Virus record (IMG/VR): IMGVR_UViG_3300045988_126851
Span: 1 to 64,000 of that record
From: a virus
DNA length: 64,000 nt
Strand: one strand, 5' to 3'
In this document: in pieces, positions 45,104 through 54,147 of the stretch
How the letters are laid out: each line of letters starts with the position of its first letter
How positions within the stretch are numbered: position 1 is the first letter of the stretch
The notes under the pieces: model-generated
What the model saw: only the letters and a program-made list of their open reading frames with translations
The model's database searches: none
What the model was told of the DNA's origin: nothing
Translations under genes and position numbers: made by a program

Positions 45104-45765
45104 GATTTATTCTTTCTTTTAGAATGAATATAGTAATGGGTTCCTTGAGTTAAGTTACGATAATTATTATAATAATCCCTAACTAAACAAATCCCAAACC
45201 CCATCATTTCGGCAATTTCTTTAACTGTAAATCCAACTTCTAGAAGTCTTGGAATATATGACCTTTGGATTTCTGTACTTTTATAATGTACACTATCGGC
45301 CCCTTTAGCTTGAATCATCCTCCCATCCCTAGAAGCTTGAGACATATTATCTTTTTGTGTACCCCAATAAAGATTCTCTACTCTATTATTAGTAGGTACA
45401 TTATCTTTATGACATACATAAGGTAACCTTTCCGGATTTGGGATATAGACTAAAGCCACTAATCTGTGTAATAACCAATTCTTCTTCCCTATACCTGGTT
45501 GGGATAATCCCACTATATACCTTCCATTCTTATTCAGATGGGGTTGTTTTAAGTGATACCTTTTGTTTAATATACCCTTACCATTAACATCCCACCTTGA
45601 ATATATTTTACCTCTCTTAGAGATGTGGTATCCTGGATATCCTGGGATATTATCATGAAGTATTTTATTCTGATACTTACCTTCTCCATGAGTATAGATT
45701 GGAGAAGTCCAAGACAGACTACCTATCTTATTCTTGGACCTTGTAAATTGTGTTTTCTTGCTCAT
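45100..45765 (-). CDS. free-standing HNH homing endonuclease (NUMOD4/HNH_3-like)
   Basis: YHISKRGKIYS...LHRLVALVYIPNPERLPYVCHKDNVPTNNRVENLYWGTQKDN. It is a paralogue of 49547..50077 and of the terL intein endonuclease domain. Confidence 0.75.
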   Translation of the reverse strand: MSKKTQFTRSKNKIGSLSWTSPIYTHGEGKYQNKILHDNIPGYPGYHISKRGKIYSRWDVNGKGILNKRYHLKQPHLNKNGRYIVGLSQPGIGKKNWLLHRLVALVYIPNPERLPYVCHKDNVPTNNRVENLYWGTQKDNMSQASRDGRMIQAKGADSVHYKSTEIQRSYIPRLLEVGFTVKEIAEMMGFGICLVRDYYNNYRNLTQGTHYYIHSKRKNKS

Positions 45766-45986
45766 CGTCCAAAATCTAATTCATAAAGTGAAACTTCTTG
45801 AATCTTTTCCTCTCCAAGATATACATCTAAATAATTCTCTGGTGGGCTATAAGCATCTAGATACCTAACCCTAGATTCCATTCTCAAATTTTTCTTAAGG
45901 TACTCCTTAATTACTTTCTCTATACCTTCTACCTCTTTCTTATTCATCGTCTTCCTCCTCCTCTTCTGAATCTGAATAGTTTTCAT
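45762..45986 (-). CDS. small hypothetical protein
   Basis: 74-aa ORF. The likely real start is MNKKEVEG, which reduces the overlap with the recombinase gene. Confidence 0.4.
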   Translation of the reverse strand: MKTIQIQKRRRKTMNKKEVEGIEKVIKEYLKKNLRMESRVRYLDAYSPPENYLDVYLGEEKIQEVSLYELDFGR

Positions 45987-47088
45987 ATTCTACACCATCG
46001 ACTGGGAATAGATTTGTTTCTATTTTCTCCAGTTGTTTTTTAGTAGTACCTATTGTATTAATTTCAGCTTTACGAAGTAATTTACGACGAAGTTCATCAT
46101 CTTCTTCCAATAGTTTTTGAAATTTCTCTTCTCCTCTTGCAAGGGTTTTCCCTTTAAACTTATATACTCCACCTGAGGATTTTTCGATAATGTCATTTTC
46201 TACCAATACATCCTCAAGGGCATAACATCTATCAAATCCTACTTCATGGAACTTAGGATTAAAATAAACTGGGCATTTACTGATAGTGGGTCTTGGAGGA
46301 GCAACTTTATTTTTAATAAGCCGAATAGTAACTAACTTCCCAGCTTTCCTTTCCTTCCCCTTTTGTTTTACTGTAATGCTTCTACCTGAATAAAAAGCAG
46401 CTCTAATTGAAGCATAGAATTTAAGAGCAGCCCCACCGGTAGTGGTTGTATTATCTTTTCCAAACCCTACATTTAGAGCAGTTCTTAATTGGTTGATATA
46501 AATCTGTGTAACTCCCAGTGTATAGAATAACTCGCTTCTGATACGGAAGTATTTATATAATGCCTTAGCTCTACCCCCCATTTCTGCTTTACCCTCTACC
46601 ATTTTAGAATCTATGTTATCTGCACAGTCCATAGCAGCAATAGAATCTATCACTAAGAGAATCGGCTCATTATGAGTTAATTGTGAACGCAAATAAATTG
46701 CTAAGTCTGCTACAGCATCAGATATATATTCTATACGAGTATCATTCAATACTGTAACTTTTTCTGGATCTACTCCATTAGTTTCTGCCCAAGAGTTCAT
46801 CCAAGATTGTTCAGCATCTACCCATATTACATGACCGCCCAGTTGTTGACAAGCATAGGCAAAATTATAAGCTATTAGGGATTTTCCAGAGGATTCTTCT
46901 CCGGCTACCTCCAGGATTTTACCAAATGGGATACCTCCACCAAAAGTATAATTCAGAGAGAAGAAAGTAGAAGGCAACCAAAGATTAGATTCTACAGTTT
47001 CTGAAGCTAATCTCATCATCCCACCATATTTTTTTAATATCTCATTTTTTGTAGGTACCTTTAAGCCTACCTTAGATTTCTTAACCAT
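45940..47088 (-). CDS. RecA/UvsX-like recombinase
   Basis: Walker A VAGEESSGKS, Walker B LLVIDSIAAM, an L2-like GGRAKAL and an acidic C-terminal tail. Confidence 0.8.
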   Translation of the reverse strand: MVKKSKVGLKVPTKNEILKKYGGMMRLASETVESNLWLPSTFFSLNYTFGGGIPFGKILEVAGEESSGKSLIAYNFAYACQQLGGHVIWVDAEQSWMNSWAETNGVDPEKVTVLNDTRIEYISDAVADLAIYLRSQLTHNEPILLVIDSIAAMDCADNIDSKMVEGKAEMGGRAKALYKYFRIRSELFYTLGVTQIYINQLRTALNVGFGKDNTTTTGGAALKFYASIRAAFYSGRSITVKQKGKERKAGKLVTIRLIKNKVAPPRPTISKCPVYFNPKFHEVGFDRCYALEDVLVENDIIEKSSGGVYKFKGKTLARGEEKFQKLLEEDDELRRKLLRKAEINTIGTTKKQLEKIETNLFPVDGVEYENYSDSEEEEEDDE

Positions 47089-47101
47089 AATGTAAAGTAT
47101 T

Positions 47102-47146
47102 TAAATGAAAAGAGAGGATAACCGAACGAATCTAATTACCCTCTCT
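47102..47146 (-). terminator. intrinsic terminator after the SSB gene
   Basis: agagagggt...atcctctct on the minus strand, followed by TTTCATTT. Confidence 0.6.
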
Positions 47147-47178
47147 ACCCAACAACAAACATAAATTACTAACACCAA

Positions 47179-47982
47179 TTAGATATCTGAACGATATTTT
47201 CTTTTCTTTTTCTTTGGTTCATCGTCTTCCATATAGTGATCTTTATGGATCCCCTTTTTCTTCTTTTTCTTTGGTTCTTCGTCCTCATCATCACCATGAT
47301 CTTCTTTTAAGAATTTTGCCAAAATCTCTTCTAGTTCTTCATAGGACTTAATTTGAGAACGAACTATGGATTCCAAATCCAATTGACCCTGATACTTCTT
47401 GTCCAATTTAGTAGGTTTGCACTGAGTAGCAGAATAAGTGGTATCAAATTTACCAGAACCAGATCTCTTGATCTTAATATCATATCCAGTTTTATAATCA
47501 GTCATATCACCGGCCTCGTCTTCATCGAGGTAAAGGTCAATAATATCCTGATATACAGATGATGGCACTAATACTCCCTTATCCTTACCTTCATATCCAA
47601 CTTTAGTACCTTTCTCATCGTCATAAACGATTCCGCCAATAACATATCTTCTACGAGGTACTATCAATTTAGCAAGGTTCTTATCATCGTCATCCTTAGA
47701 ACTTTTCAATTCCTGGTATTTTTCCATGAAAGGGCATGGTTCATCAAAAGTAGCTGGAGATATTACTCCTCCAAGATCTCCTCCCAAATAGAATTGAACA
47801 ATTTCTATACCCAATTCTTGGTCATCACCTGGAGATTTAATTCTCATTCTAAGTGTTCCCTCTTTGGGATATACTAATCCCCCTCCGTTTCCTCTGGATT
47901 CTAATTTCTTCTTTCTTGCAAGCATCTTATCTCGAGTAGAACTACCCTCTGAAGAAAGCTTTTTCTTTTTGTCTTTTACCAT
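47179..47982 (-). CDS. gp32-like single-stranded DNA-binding protein
   Basis: The sequence follows the order of T4 gp32 landmarks as I recall them: LRMRIKSPGDD, EPCPFMEKY (the zinc-site region), RRRYVIGGIVY, GYDIKIKRSGSGKFDTTYS and KSYEELEEILAKF. It is adjacent to the recombinase gene. Confidence 0.6.
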   Translation of the reverse strand: MVKDKKKKLSSEGSSTRDKMLARKKKLESRGNGGGLVYPKEGTLRMRIKSPGDDQELGIEIVQFYLGGDLGGVISPATFDEPCPFMEKYQELKSSKDDDDKNLAKLIVPRRRYVIGGIVYDDEKGTKVGYEGKDKGVLVPSSVYQDIIDLYLDEDEAGDMTDYKTGYDIKIKRSGSGKFDTTYSATQCKPTKLDKKYQGQLDLESIVRSQIKSYEELEEILAKFLKEDHGDDEDEEPKKKKKKGIHKDHYMEDDEPKKKKRKYRSDI

Positions 47983-47994
47983 AATATTTAAAAT

Positions 47995-48387
47995 TTAATT
48001 GTTGTTAGCCTCTGAATAGATGATCTCATTCAAACTTAACACTGTAACGATATTCTTTTCTAGAATATTCTTTACGGATTCTGGCCAATCCGGTCTGATC
48101 TCAAATTCCAATTCTTTACCAGCATACATACCGTAAGTAACTACTCTACCAATCTCCGTAAGATCGGTATAAGTTTTATATTCTTCAGTTATAGTACCTC
48201 TTTTAACTACTACTCCCTTTCTGGGAACTCCCTCAGAAACAGTCCCGGGTATAATGATACCGGACTTGGTTGTGTTAATATCTTTCGGAGATACTATCAA
48301 AACCCGATTTTCTGTTGGTAAACCAGGTAGAGTTTTATTAAAAAGCTCTGCTACCATAGTTGAAATGAAGTTTAGTGAGTAAATCAT
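47995..48387 (-). CDS. GroES/gp31-like co-chaperonin
   Basis: NRVLIVSPKDINTTKSGIIIPGTVSEGVPRKGVVVKRG ... GRVVTYGMYAGKE follows the Cpn10 pattern (rvlV....e.kT.gGIiip.....k...G.Vv..G). Confidence 0.55.
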   Translation of the reverse strand: MIYSLNFISTMVAELFNKTLPGLPTENRVLIVSPKDINTTKSGIIIPGTVSEGVPRKGVVVKRGTITEEYKTYTDLTEIGRVVTYGMYAGKELEFEIRPDWPESVKNILEKNIVTVLSLNEIIYSEANNN

Positions 48388-48432
48388 AATTGTATGTTAA
48401 TTAATTAGTTATGTAATTGAATATAGTTATCT

Positions 48433-48921
48433 CTATCCTTTTCGAAGATTGGCATTAATAGTACGAAGTATATTTTCTCGTGACTCATAAGCTCTACATA
48501 TAGCTATGAACTTATTTGATTTCTCTACAGCTTTCAAATACCTTTGATATAGTGATTTATATTTCGGATTTATATTTGCCTTATGAGATACATAATCATT
48601 GTTAAATCTCTCATTCGAATCCTTTATATAAATCCAAGCAGCAGAATAGGCTTCATCTTTTTCTCTTGCTAGAGCATCTCTTTCTTTTATATATTTATCT
48701 CTTAGAGAAGCTAATACATAATAACTAGAAGGAGATTCTCGTAGCTGAGAATTGATAATATTCTCATTGATAGATAACTCTTTTTGAATATCTATTTCGA
48801 TGGTTTTACCCTCGAATTTAACCTTGAGTTTTTTCAGTTCTGTCTTCATAAACTTCCAATAGGTCTTTAAAGTCTTCTTTACTAAATTTACCTTTACTGA
48901 TTGCTTTAGTAACTTGAGCAA
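48433..48921 (-). CDS. hypothetical protein (start uncertain)
   Basis: 162-aa ORF that overlaps the upstream gene by 104 nt as listed. Confidence 0.45.
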   Translation of the reverse strand: MLKLLKQSVKVNLVKKTLKTYWKFMKTELKKLKVKFEGKTIEIDIQKELSINENIINSQLRESPSSYYVLASLRDKYIKERDALAREKDEAYSAAWIYIKDSNERFNNDYVSHKANINPKYKSLYQRYLKAVEKSNKFIAICRAYESRENILRTINANLRKG

Positions 48922-49348
48922 AAGCAGTTTGATAAGCTAATTTCATACCGGGTAACTTAAGAAGAGACTTGTATACACTTAACTTATCTACTAAAGCCAT
49001 TAATCTCAAATCGCATAAAGAATCGGTTCCTCCTCTATCTAATAACAATAGGAAAGCTGTCCAATAAATATGAGTAGCGTCCTCATAAGCTAATTTACCC
49101 TCTTCGTCTTTTGCCATTACCTTAAAAGCCATACCCTCTAAGGTATAAAGGTTTGATTGAAGTTGAGATATTTGGGATTTTATACGATTGAATAACATCT
49201 TCTCTGGTCCACTTATATGTAAATTCTTGGCATCTAGATATTTATTCAAGTTCTCTATGGAATAATTTAAGCATCCTGCTACCATATAAGTAAGTGCAGT
49301 TAATTGGCTTGCTTTTTTAAACTCTTCTGTTGTTGCCATGGGATTCAT
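48818..49348 (-). CDS. hypothetical protein
   Basis: 176-aa ORF. Confidence 0.5.
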   Translation of the reverse strand: MNPMATTEEFKKASQLTALTYMVAGCLNYSIENLNKYLDAKNLHISGPEKMLFNRIKSQISQLQSNLYTLEGMAFKVMAKDEEGKLAYEDATHIYWTAFLLLLDRGGTDSLCDLRLMALVDKLSVYKSLLKLPGMKLAYQTAFAQVTKAISKGKFSKEDFKDLLEVYEDRTEKTQG

Positions 49349-49365
49349 AAATTTAATTTATTTAT

Positions 49366-49587
49366 TTATGTAGACATAGTATCTTCTCTTTTCGCTTCTG
49401 TAATGGTAGATACTGAATCTAAATGATTTATATAGGTTTTACAATTTGGGCATTGTATTACCTTAAAAATACAACTATTTAATTTATCGTAAACTCTAAA
49501 AGTTTCACTGGTATCATATTCAAATTCGCAATCACATACTGGGCATTTAGCCCTCCATACCGTGGGCCCGTTTAAAATCTTCTTCAT
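49366..49587 (-). CDS. small zinc-ribbon protein
   Basis: CPVCDC ... CPNC cysteine pairs. Confidence 0.45.
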   Translation of the reverse strand: MKKILNGPTVWRAKCPVCDCEFEYDTSETFRVYDKLNSCIFKVIQCPNCKTYINHLDSVSTITEAKREDTMST

Positions 49588-50077
49588 AACGTTTTCTTTT
49601 CTTAATATATTTATATACTAACATTGGTGATATCCCATACTTCCTAGCAAGTTTTGCTTTTATCATACCAGTATCATACTCATAAAGTAATTGAAGTATA
49701 TCGGGTCTACTTAACTTTGTATCTGAAAATTTAAACCTACCATCTCTAATACATTGTTGAGTATTTTCCTTAGCAGTACCCCAATATAAGTTCTTATAAT
49801 GATTATGAGTTCTTATATTATCCTTATGACATACATACTTATGATTATTTGGGTTTGGTACATATACTAATGCTACTAATTGATGAATGTTATAAGTATA
49901 CCTATATCCATTCGTATCCCTAATAGAAACTATAACGTATCCGTTATTTTTAATTCGATTAAGGGATAATTTTACCCAACCTTTACCCTTATAATTAGAA
50001 TATACCTTACCATTCTTGGTAACATGGTAATTAGGGCAACCAATGCAATCTAAGTTTCCCTTTAAAATCTTCCTCAT
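49547..50077 (-). CDS. free-standing HNH homing endonuclease (NUMOD4/HNH_3-like)
   Basis: YHVTKNGKVYS...IHQLVALVYVPNPNNHKYVCHKDNIRTHNHYKNLYWGTAKEN, plus a C-terminal HTH-like region. It overlaps the 3' end of the polymerase gene by 47 nt. Confidence 0.75.
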   Translation of the reverse strand: MRKILKGNLDCIGCPNYHVTKNGKVYSNYKGKGWVKLSLNRIKNNGYVIVSIRDTNGYRYTYNIHQLVALVYVPNPNNHKYVCHKDNIRTHNHYKNLYWGTAKENTQQCIRDGRFKFSDTKLSRPDILQLLYEYDTGMIKAKLARKYGISPMLVYKYIKKRKRYEEDFKRAHGMEG

Positions 50078-53000
50078 ACTGCTTTATCTCTTTACTAAAC
50101 AATTTAGGATAATCCTTAATGATTACATTCTTATACTTCTTATGTTCTTCCATATACTCCTCTACTGAGAAATCTGGTTGAAGCATCTTTCTATAATCAT
50201 ACCCAGGAATAAAAGGTAATTCTTCTGCCATTGACCTACCAATAGAGAAGTCCATTGACATATCTACATCATCCACTTGAAAACCAAAATATTTCTTAGT
50301 ACTGGGGTTTCTCAATATATCCCATATTTTAAAAACAGTCCAAGTATTAATATATTCAGGCTTTGAGTAAAAATAGGCTGCATCATGAACAGTTGCTACT
50401 TCAAGCATACGTGGTAATTTACCTTGCCTCATTAACCAATAAACGAGAATAGCTCCGAAGTTGGTCATATTTGCTGCAGCACCCTGGCAATTACCAGTGA
50501 TTAAAGTTCTATATCGTTTATCTTCACCAATTACCCTTGTAAAGAAAGCCCCAGATTTTACAGTAGGACACCATACTTTACCTACATACTTCTCTTTCGT
50601 TAAATTATTCTCTAAATTGTAAGTATTCTTGGTGTTTACTGATTTCCTAAAATTAGAGAATTTTACTCCATAACTAGTTTTAGTGGCCCGTACAAACTCT
50701 TGACCATATTTACTTGGTTTCTTATCTTTAAAATGAGATATGTCACCTTCATGTGATAATTCATACATACTTGAGGTGTTGTTACAAAGTACTACCAAAG
50801 CCTGAAGTAATTCTCCTTGAGTTTTATCTCCGGTTGCCCATACCGACCAACCATCCCCTAACCTCATATTCTCTAATAAGATACTTAATTGAGGGTTAGT
50901 TAATCGAGTTAATAACTTCATATTTAACTTACGTTCAGGAACTAACCTATTAAGTTTATAAACAAATCCTGGGTCTCTTATTTCCCATATCACTTGATTC
51001 TTTTCTCTACGGGAGAATTCTACATCTAATTCTTCCATGATAGAATCAATGGTATCTACCTTGTGGGGATTTGCAGTATTACTCTGACATATTCTTACTA
51101 TGTTACCATTCTTCAGATGACCATCAGTAAGATACCAACCTAAAAAAGCTACATAAGCATCCGAATATCTAGCTTTCACTTGATTGTTATGAGGAGCTCT
51201 TATTGGGATAGCATAAGGTTTATCTGAATTGTATAATTCTTCAGAAGTTAATACTTCGGTATTATCTAATTTAGATATTTTATTTGGTTTAGTAACTACC
51301 CATCTATGGTCTGGAGTTGATAATACGTCTAGATGTTTTGTCTTTAACCGAATCATATCTCCATCATAATCAAATACATTTACCCTTTCAACCTTTTGCC
51401 ATTCTGATTCTCCTATGTCCCGATTAAAAGCTAATATCTCATCACCAACCTTTAAATCTTCATAATTTACCCATCCCTTAGTTTTACTAAGAGCCTGAGA
51501 TGAGGGTAATAAGCAAGGAAAATTAAGACCTAAACGAATTGCATAAGCAACTTCTTGCTTATCATTTGAATATATTTGTGGGAGTCTTCGCTTAGTACCA
51601 AATAACTGTGTATAATACCCATGCTTACGCAGGAATTTCTCTTGTTTCTCTTTGAACTTAAGTATTTTAGGATGTTTCTTAAAGAACTCATCCATCTCTT
51701 TACGAGCTTCCTCCTTGGTAACTATAATACCAGCTTTTGGGTCTGATAATTTTACTGCTAGCAAAGCATCTCCAATCCCATAAATAAGGCCAAATGCAAT
51801 TTGCTTTGCTTGCTTTCTCCTTACCTTCCAAATCTTATGGTCAGGATGACTTTCGTCTTCGTATATTTTACTTGCTTCCTCAATTGGAACCCCATATTTT
51901 GCTGCTGCTATACCAAGGTGAGGGTCTACTCCCTTAGCAAATGCTTCTAGATAGGTTTCATCCCCAGATAGATGAGCCATCATTCTTAACTCTGCCTGTG
52001 AGTAGTCGAATGCCATATATAGATAACCTGGAGGAGCAACCAATTGTTTCTTAATATTTGGGTCTACTGATGTCTTGGGTATTTGCTGCATATTTGGGTC
52101 AGCAGAACTAAAACGATTAGAGTCCGTACCATGTATATTATACCTACCATGTAATCGGGAATCATCTTGTACCTTTTCCCACCATCCATAAATATAGGTC
52201 TTATACATTTTCTCTAACCCTCGTAATTCAAGAAGTTTATCAAGAAATATGGCCTTTGGTGAATCTGGCTTTTTAATGGTTAGCCTAAGATTAGTAAGGG
52301 TTTCTTCATCTGTACTTGGTTTACCAGATTCATTCTCTTTAATTACATCGAAATGAAAACCATCCTCTGAATACATCAATGCAGGTAAATCAACTGGACT
52401 ACCCAAATTAATGGGTCTTATTAATTCTTGTTCCTTTTTAGTTGTGAATATACCTGCTTTGATATTTGAGATTTTCTGTTCCCTTGATGCAATCTTTCGT
52501 TTGTCTTTTGGGTCATTATAATCTAACTCCTCAAGTTCAGCTTCTATAAATTGGATATACTTGTCAATCTTTTCTTGGTTATACTTCTTTTCGAATTTCT
52601 TTACTCTGGGTAAGTCATATATTGCTTGTCTAGCAGCATCTATTTTTGGTTTATACTCTTCCAAAAGCTTTTTATTGAACTCAGTATCTAGATATAATCC
52701 CTCTTTCTCTACTGAAGTAAGTACTCGTGAATTACACATAAATAAATTACGGAATACCGAATACATACCCAAGTCAATCAACTTCTTTTCAAAGAATATC
52801 ATTAACCTAAGAGTATAATCCGTATCTTGACACCCATAATGGCAAAGTGGATCTAATTCTTTTTCATCCCAAGGTATTTTATCAAAGGCATCTTGTTTTT
52901 CATAATTACCATACTCAGGTAAATACCTTCTTACCATTGACTTTAGGTCATGAGGTTTTTCTTCATTGAGAACATATTTTGCAAGCATACCATCTAAACA

Positions 53001-53354
53001 TGTACCCCTATAAAATATTTGATACTTTTGGTTTATCTGGTCATCAAACTTCCAGTTCCATGCAACCTTTACAATATCATAATTCTCAATTACCTCTTCC
53101 CCAAATTTCCTTAGCATCTTTTTCCAATTCCAACCTGGTGAAGTATAATCTTTTGTTTCGAAATGGTCTAAAGGAATGGAAGCACCAAACCCTGGCATCC
53201 AGGATACTGAGAGTATAGTTGGCTTAAAATCCCTATTATATAGGGGTTTTGCATTCGATTCGTAGTCACAGCAAGCATAACCTGTAGCTTTACAACAAGC
53301 AATAAGTTTCTTAAGCTCTCTCTTATTTTTTATTATTGTATACCGTGTCTCCAT
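50031..53354 (-). CDS. polA: family A DNA polymerase with 3'-5' exonuclease domain, interrupted by an intein
   Basis: RFSSADPNMQQIPK, motif A DYSQAELRMMAHLSGDE and motif B RRKQAKQIAFGLIYG. The NxPxQG motif is split as LNFP / intein / CQGAAANM. Motif C reads VATVHDAAYF. The exteins total about 765 aa. Confidence 0.9.
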   Translation of the reverse strand: METRYTIIKNKRELKKLIACCKATGYACCDYESNAKPLYNRDFKPTILSVSWMPGFGASIPLDHFETKDYTSPGWNWKKMLRKFGEEVIENYDIVKVAWNWKFDDQINQKYQIFYRGTCLDGMLAKYVLNEEKPHDLKSMVRRYLPEYGNYEKQDAFDKIPWDEKELDPLCHYGCQDTDYTLRLMIFFEKKLIDLGMYSVFRNLFMCNSRVLTSVEKEGLYLDTEFNKKLLEEYKPKIDAARQAIYDLPRVKKFEKKYNQEKIDKYIQFIEAELEELDYNDPKDKRKIASREQKISNIKAGIFTTKKEQELIRPINLGSPVDLPALMYSEDGFHFDVIKENESGKPSTDEETLTNLRLTIKKPDSPKAIFLDKLLELRGLEKMYKTYIYGWWEKVQDDSRLHGRYNIHGTDSNRFSSADPNMQQIPKTSVDPNIKKQLVAPPGYLYMAFDYSQAELRMMAHLSGDETYLEAFAKGVDPHLGIAAAKYGVPIEEASKIYEDESHPDHKIWKVRRKQAKQIAFGLIYGIGDALLAVKLSDPKAGIIVTKEEARKEMDEFFKKHPKILKFKEKQEKFLRKHGYYTQLFGTKRRLPQIYSNDKQEVAYAIRLGLNFPCLLPSSQALSKTKGWVNYEDLKVGDEILAFNRDIGESEWQKVERVNVFDYDGDMIRLKTKHLDVLSTPDHRWVVTKPNKISKLDNTEVLTSEELYNSDKPYAIPIRAPHNNQVKARYSDAYVAFLGWYLTDGHLKNGNIVRICQSNTANPHKVDTIDSIMEELDVEFSRREKNQVIWEIRDPGFVYKLNRLVPERKLNMKLLTRLTNPQLSILLENMRLGDGWSVWATGDKTQGELLQALVVLCNNTSSMYELSHEGDISHFKDKKPSKYGQEFVRATKTSYGVKFSNFRKSVNTKNTYNLENNLTKEKYVGKVWCPTVKSGAFFTRVIGEDKRYRTLITGNCQGAAANMTNFGAILVYWLMRQGKLPRMLEVATVHDAAYFYSKPEYINTWTVFKIWDILRNPSTKKYFGFQVDDVDMSMDFSIGRSMAEELPFIPGYDYRKMLQPDFSVEEYMEEHKKYKNVIIKDYPKLFSKEIKQYEEDFKGKLRLHWLP
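50490..51515 (-). mobile_element. intein (342 aa) with LAGLIDADG-type endonuclease domain inside polA
   Basis: Starts CLLPSSQALSKTKGWVNYEDLKVGDEILAF (Cys codon 51513-51515). Block B reads STPDHRWVV. The LAGLIDADG-like motifs are AFLGWYLTDGHL and LLENMRLGDGW. It ends ...RTLITGN (Asn codon 50490-50492), followed by +1 Cys. The penultimate residue is Gly rather than the usual His. Confidence 0.8.
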
Positions 53355-53409
53355 GTTTTAAAATAGAAAGAGGGACATACCCACCAGTAGTAGATACATC
53401 CCTCGTATA

Positions 53410-54147
53410 TTAGTATTTCTCTTGTAAGTCTTCCAAATTAGAAGCTAATGCTGTCCAATCTTTCTTATAAGCATGAAGAGAATCAATAGTGTGATACAAG
53501 TAGCCAGGTTTTACTCCCACCTCTTTAGCTACATATTTCATTAATCTCCATGCAAGGTATACGTCGTTACCGAAATGAATTATAAAATCTGAGCTTCTTT
53601 GGTGATAGCAAATGTGTAATACCTTCTCTCCCTTACTATTCTCTCGGATAAGGAAATCATAGTACATAGAGCAGGGTATACGTTTATTACCATGGTAATA
53701 AAGAGTATCATCTTCACCATTACCATTAAATATAGGTAATACCGCTTTACGAGTATCAGAATCTGATCTTAGTAATTGTATGGTATATGGAAGAATTGCC
53801 ATCCTTTCGTTATAGGTATAATCAAATTTACCATCTACCAAAAACTGTTCCCATAAGTCTTTTCTTAATTCCCAAGCTTTGCCCGGGTTAATTACCTTAG
53901 AAGTATTAATCCTTTCTTGGAACTCAGCATCTGCCCACTCCTTTGAATGAGAGAATACGAATAACCATACTGGGTCTCCAAGTGAAGTTAAGCAATATTG
54001 TTGGCAAATGAGTTCTTTTGTAATAAAATCCTCATTACCTTCAATCCTCTTATTCTGATAGGTCTTTGGTTTTACAGTTTGACCATAACTGTTGAGTTCT
54101 CTGCCCATTTCAGACATTAACTCAAACGAATTACTGTATATCCGCAT
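53410..54147 (-). CDS. ThyA-fold pyrimidine C5 methyl/hydroxymethyl transferase (more like dCMP hydroxymethylase than a canonical thymidylate synthase)
   Basis: Catalytic-Cys block RIPCSMYYDFLIRENSKGEKVLHICYHQRSSDFIIHFGNDVYLAW. The 245-aa length and the FLIR / RS.D...F.ND.. blocks resemble T4 gp42 (246 aa, YLIRDKK...MRSNDVVFGFRNDYAW, from memory). The canonical ThyA motifs PCH and W.DE..LGPVYG are not seen. Confidence 0.55.
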   Translation of the reverse strand: MRIYSNSFELMSEMGRELNSYGQTVKPKTYQNKRIEGNEDFITKELICQQYCLTSLGDPVWLFVFSHSKEWADAEFQERINTSKVINPGKAWELRKDLWEQFLVDGKFDYTYNERMAILPYTIQLLRSDSDTRKAVLPIFNGNGEDDTLYYHGNKRIPCSMYYDFLIRENSKGEKVLHICYHQRSSDFIIHFGNDVYLAWRLMKYVAKEVGVKPGYLYHTIDSLHAYKKDWTALASNLEDLQEKY

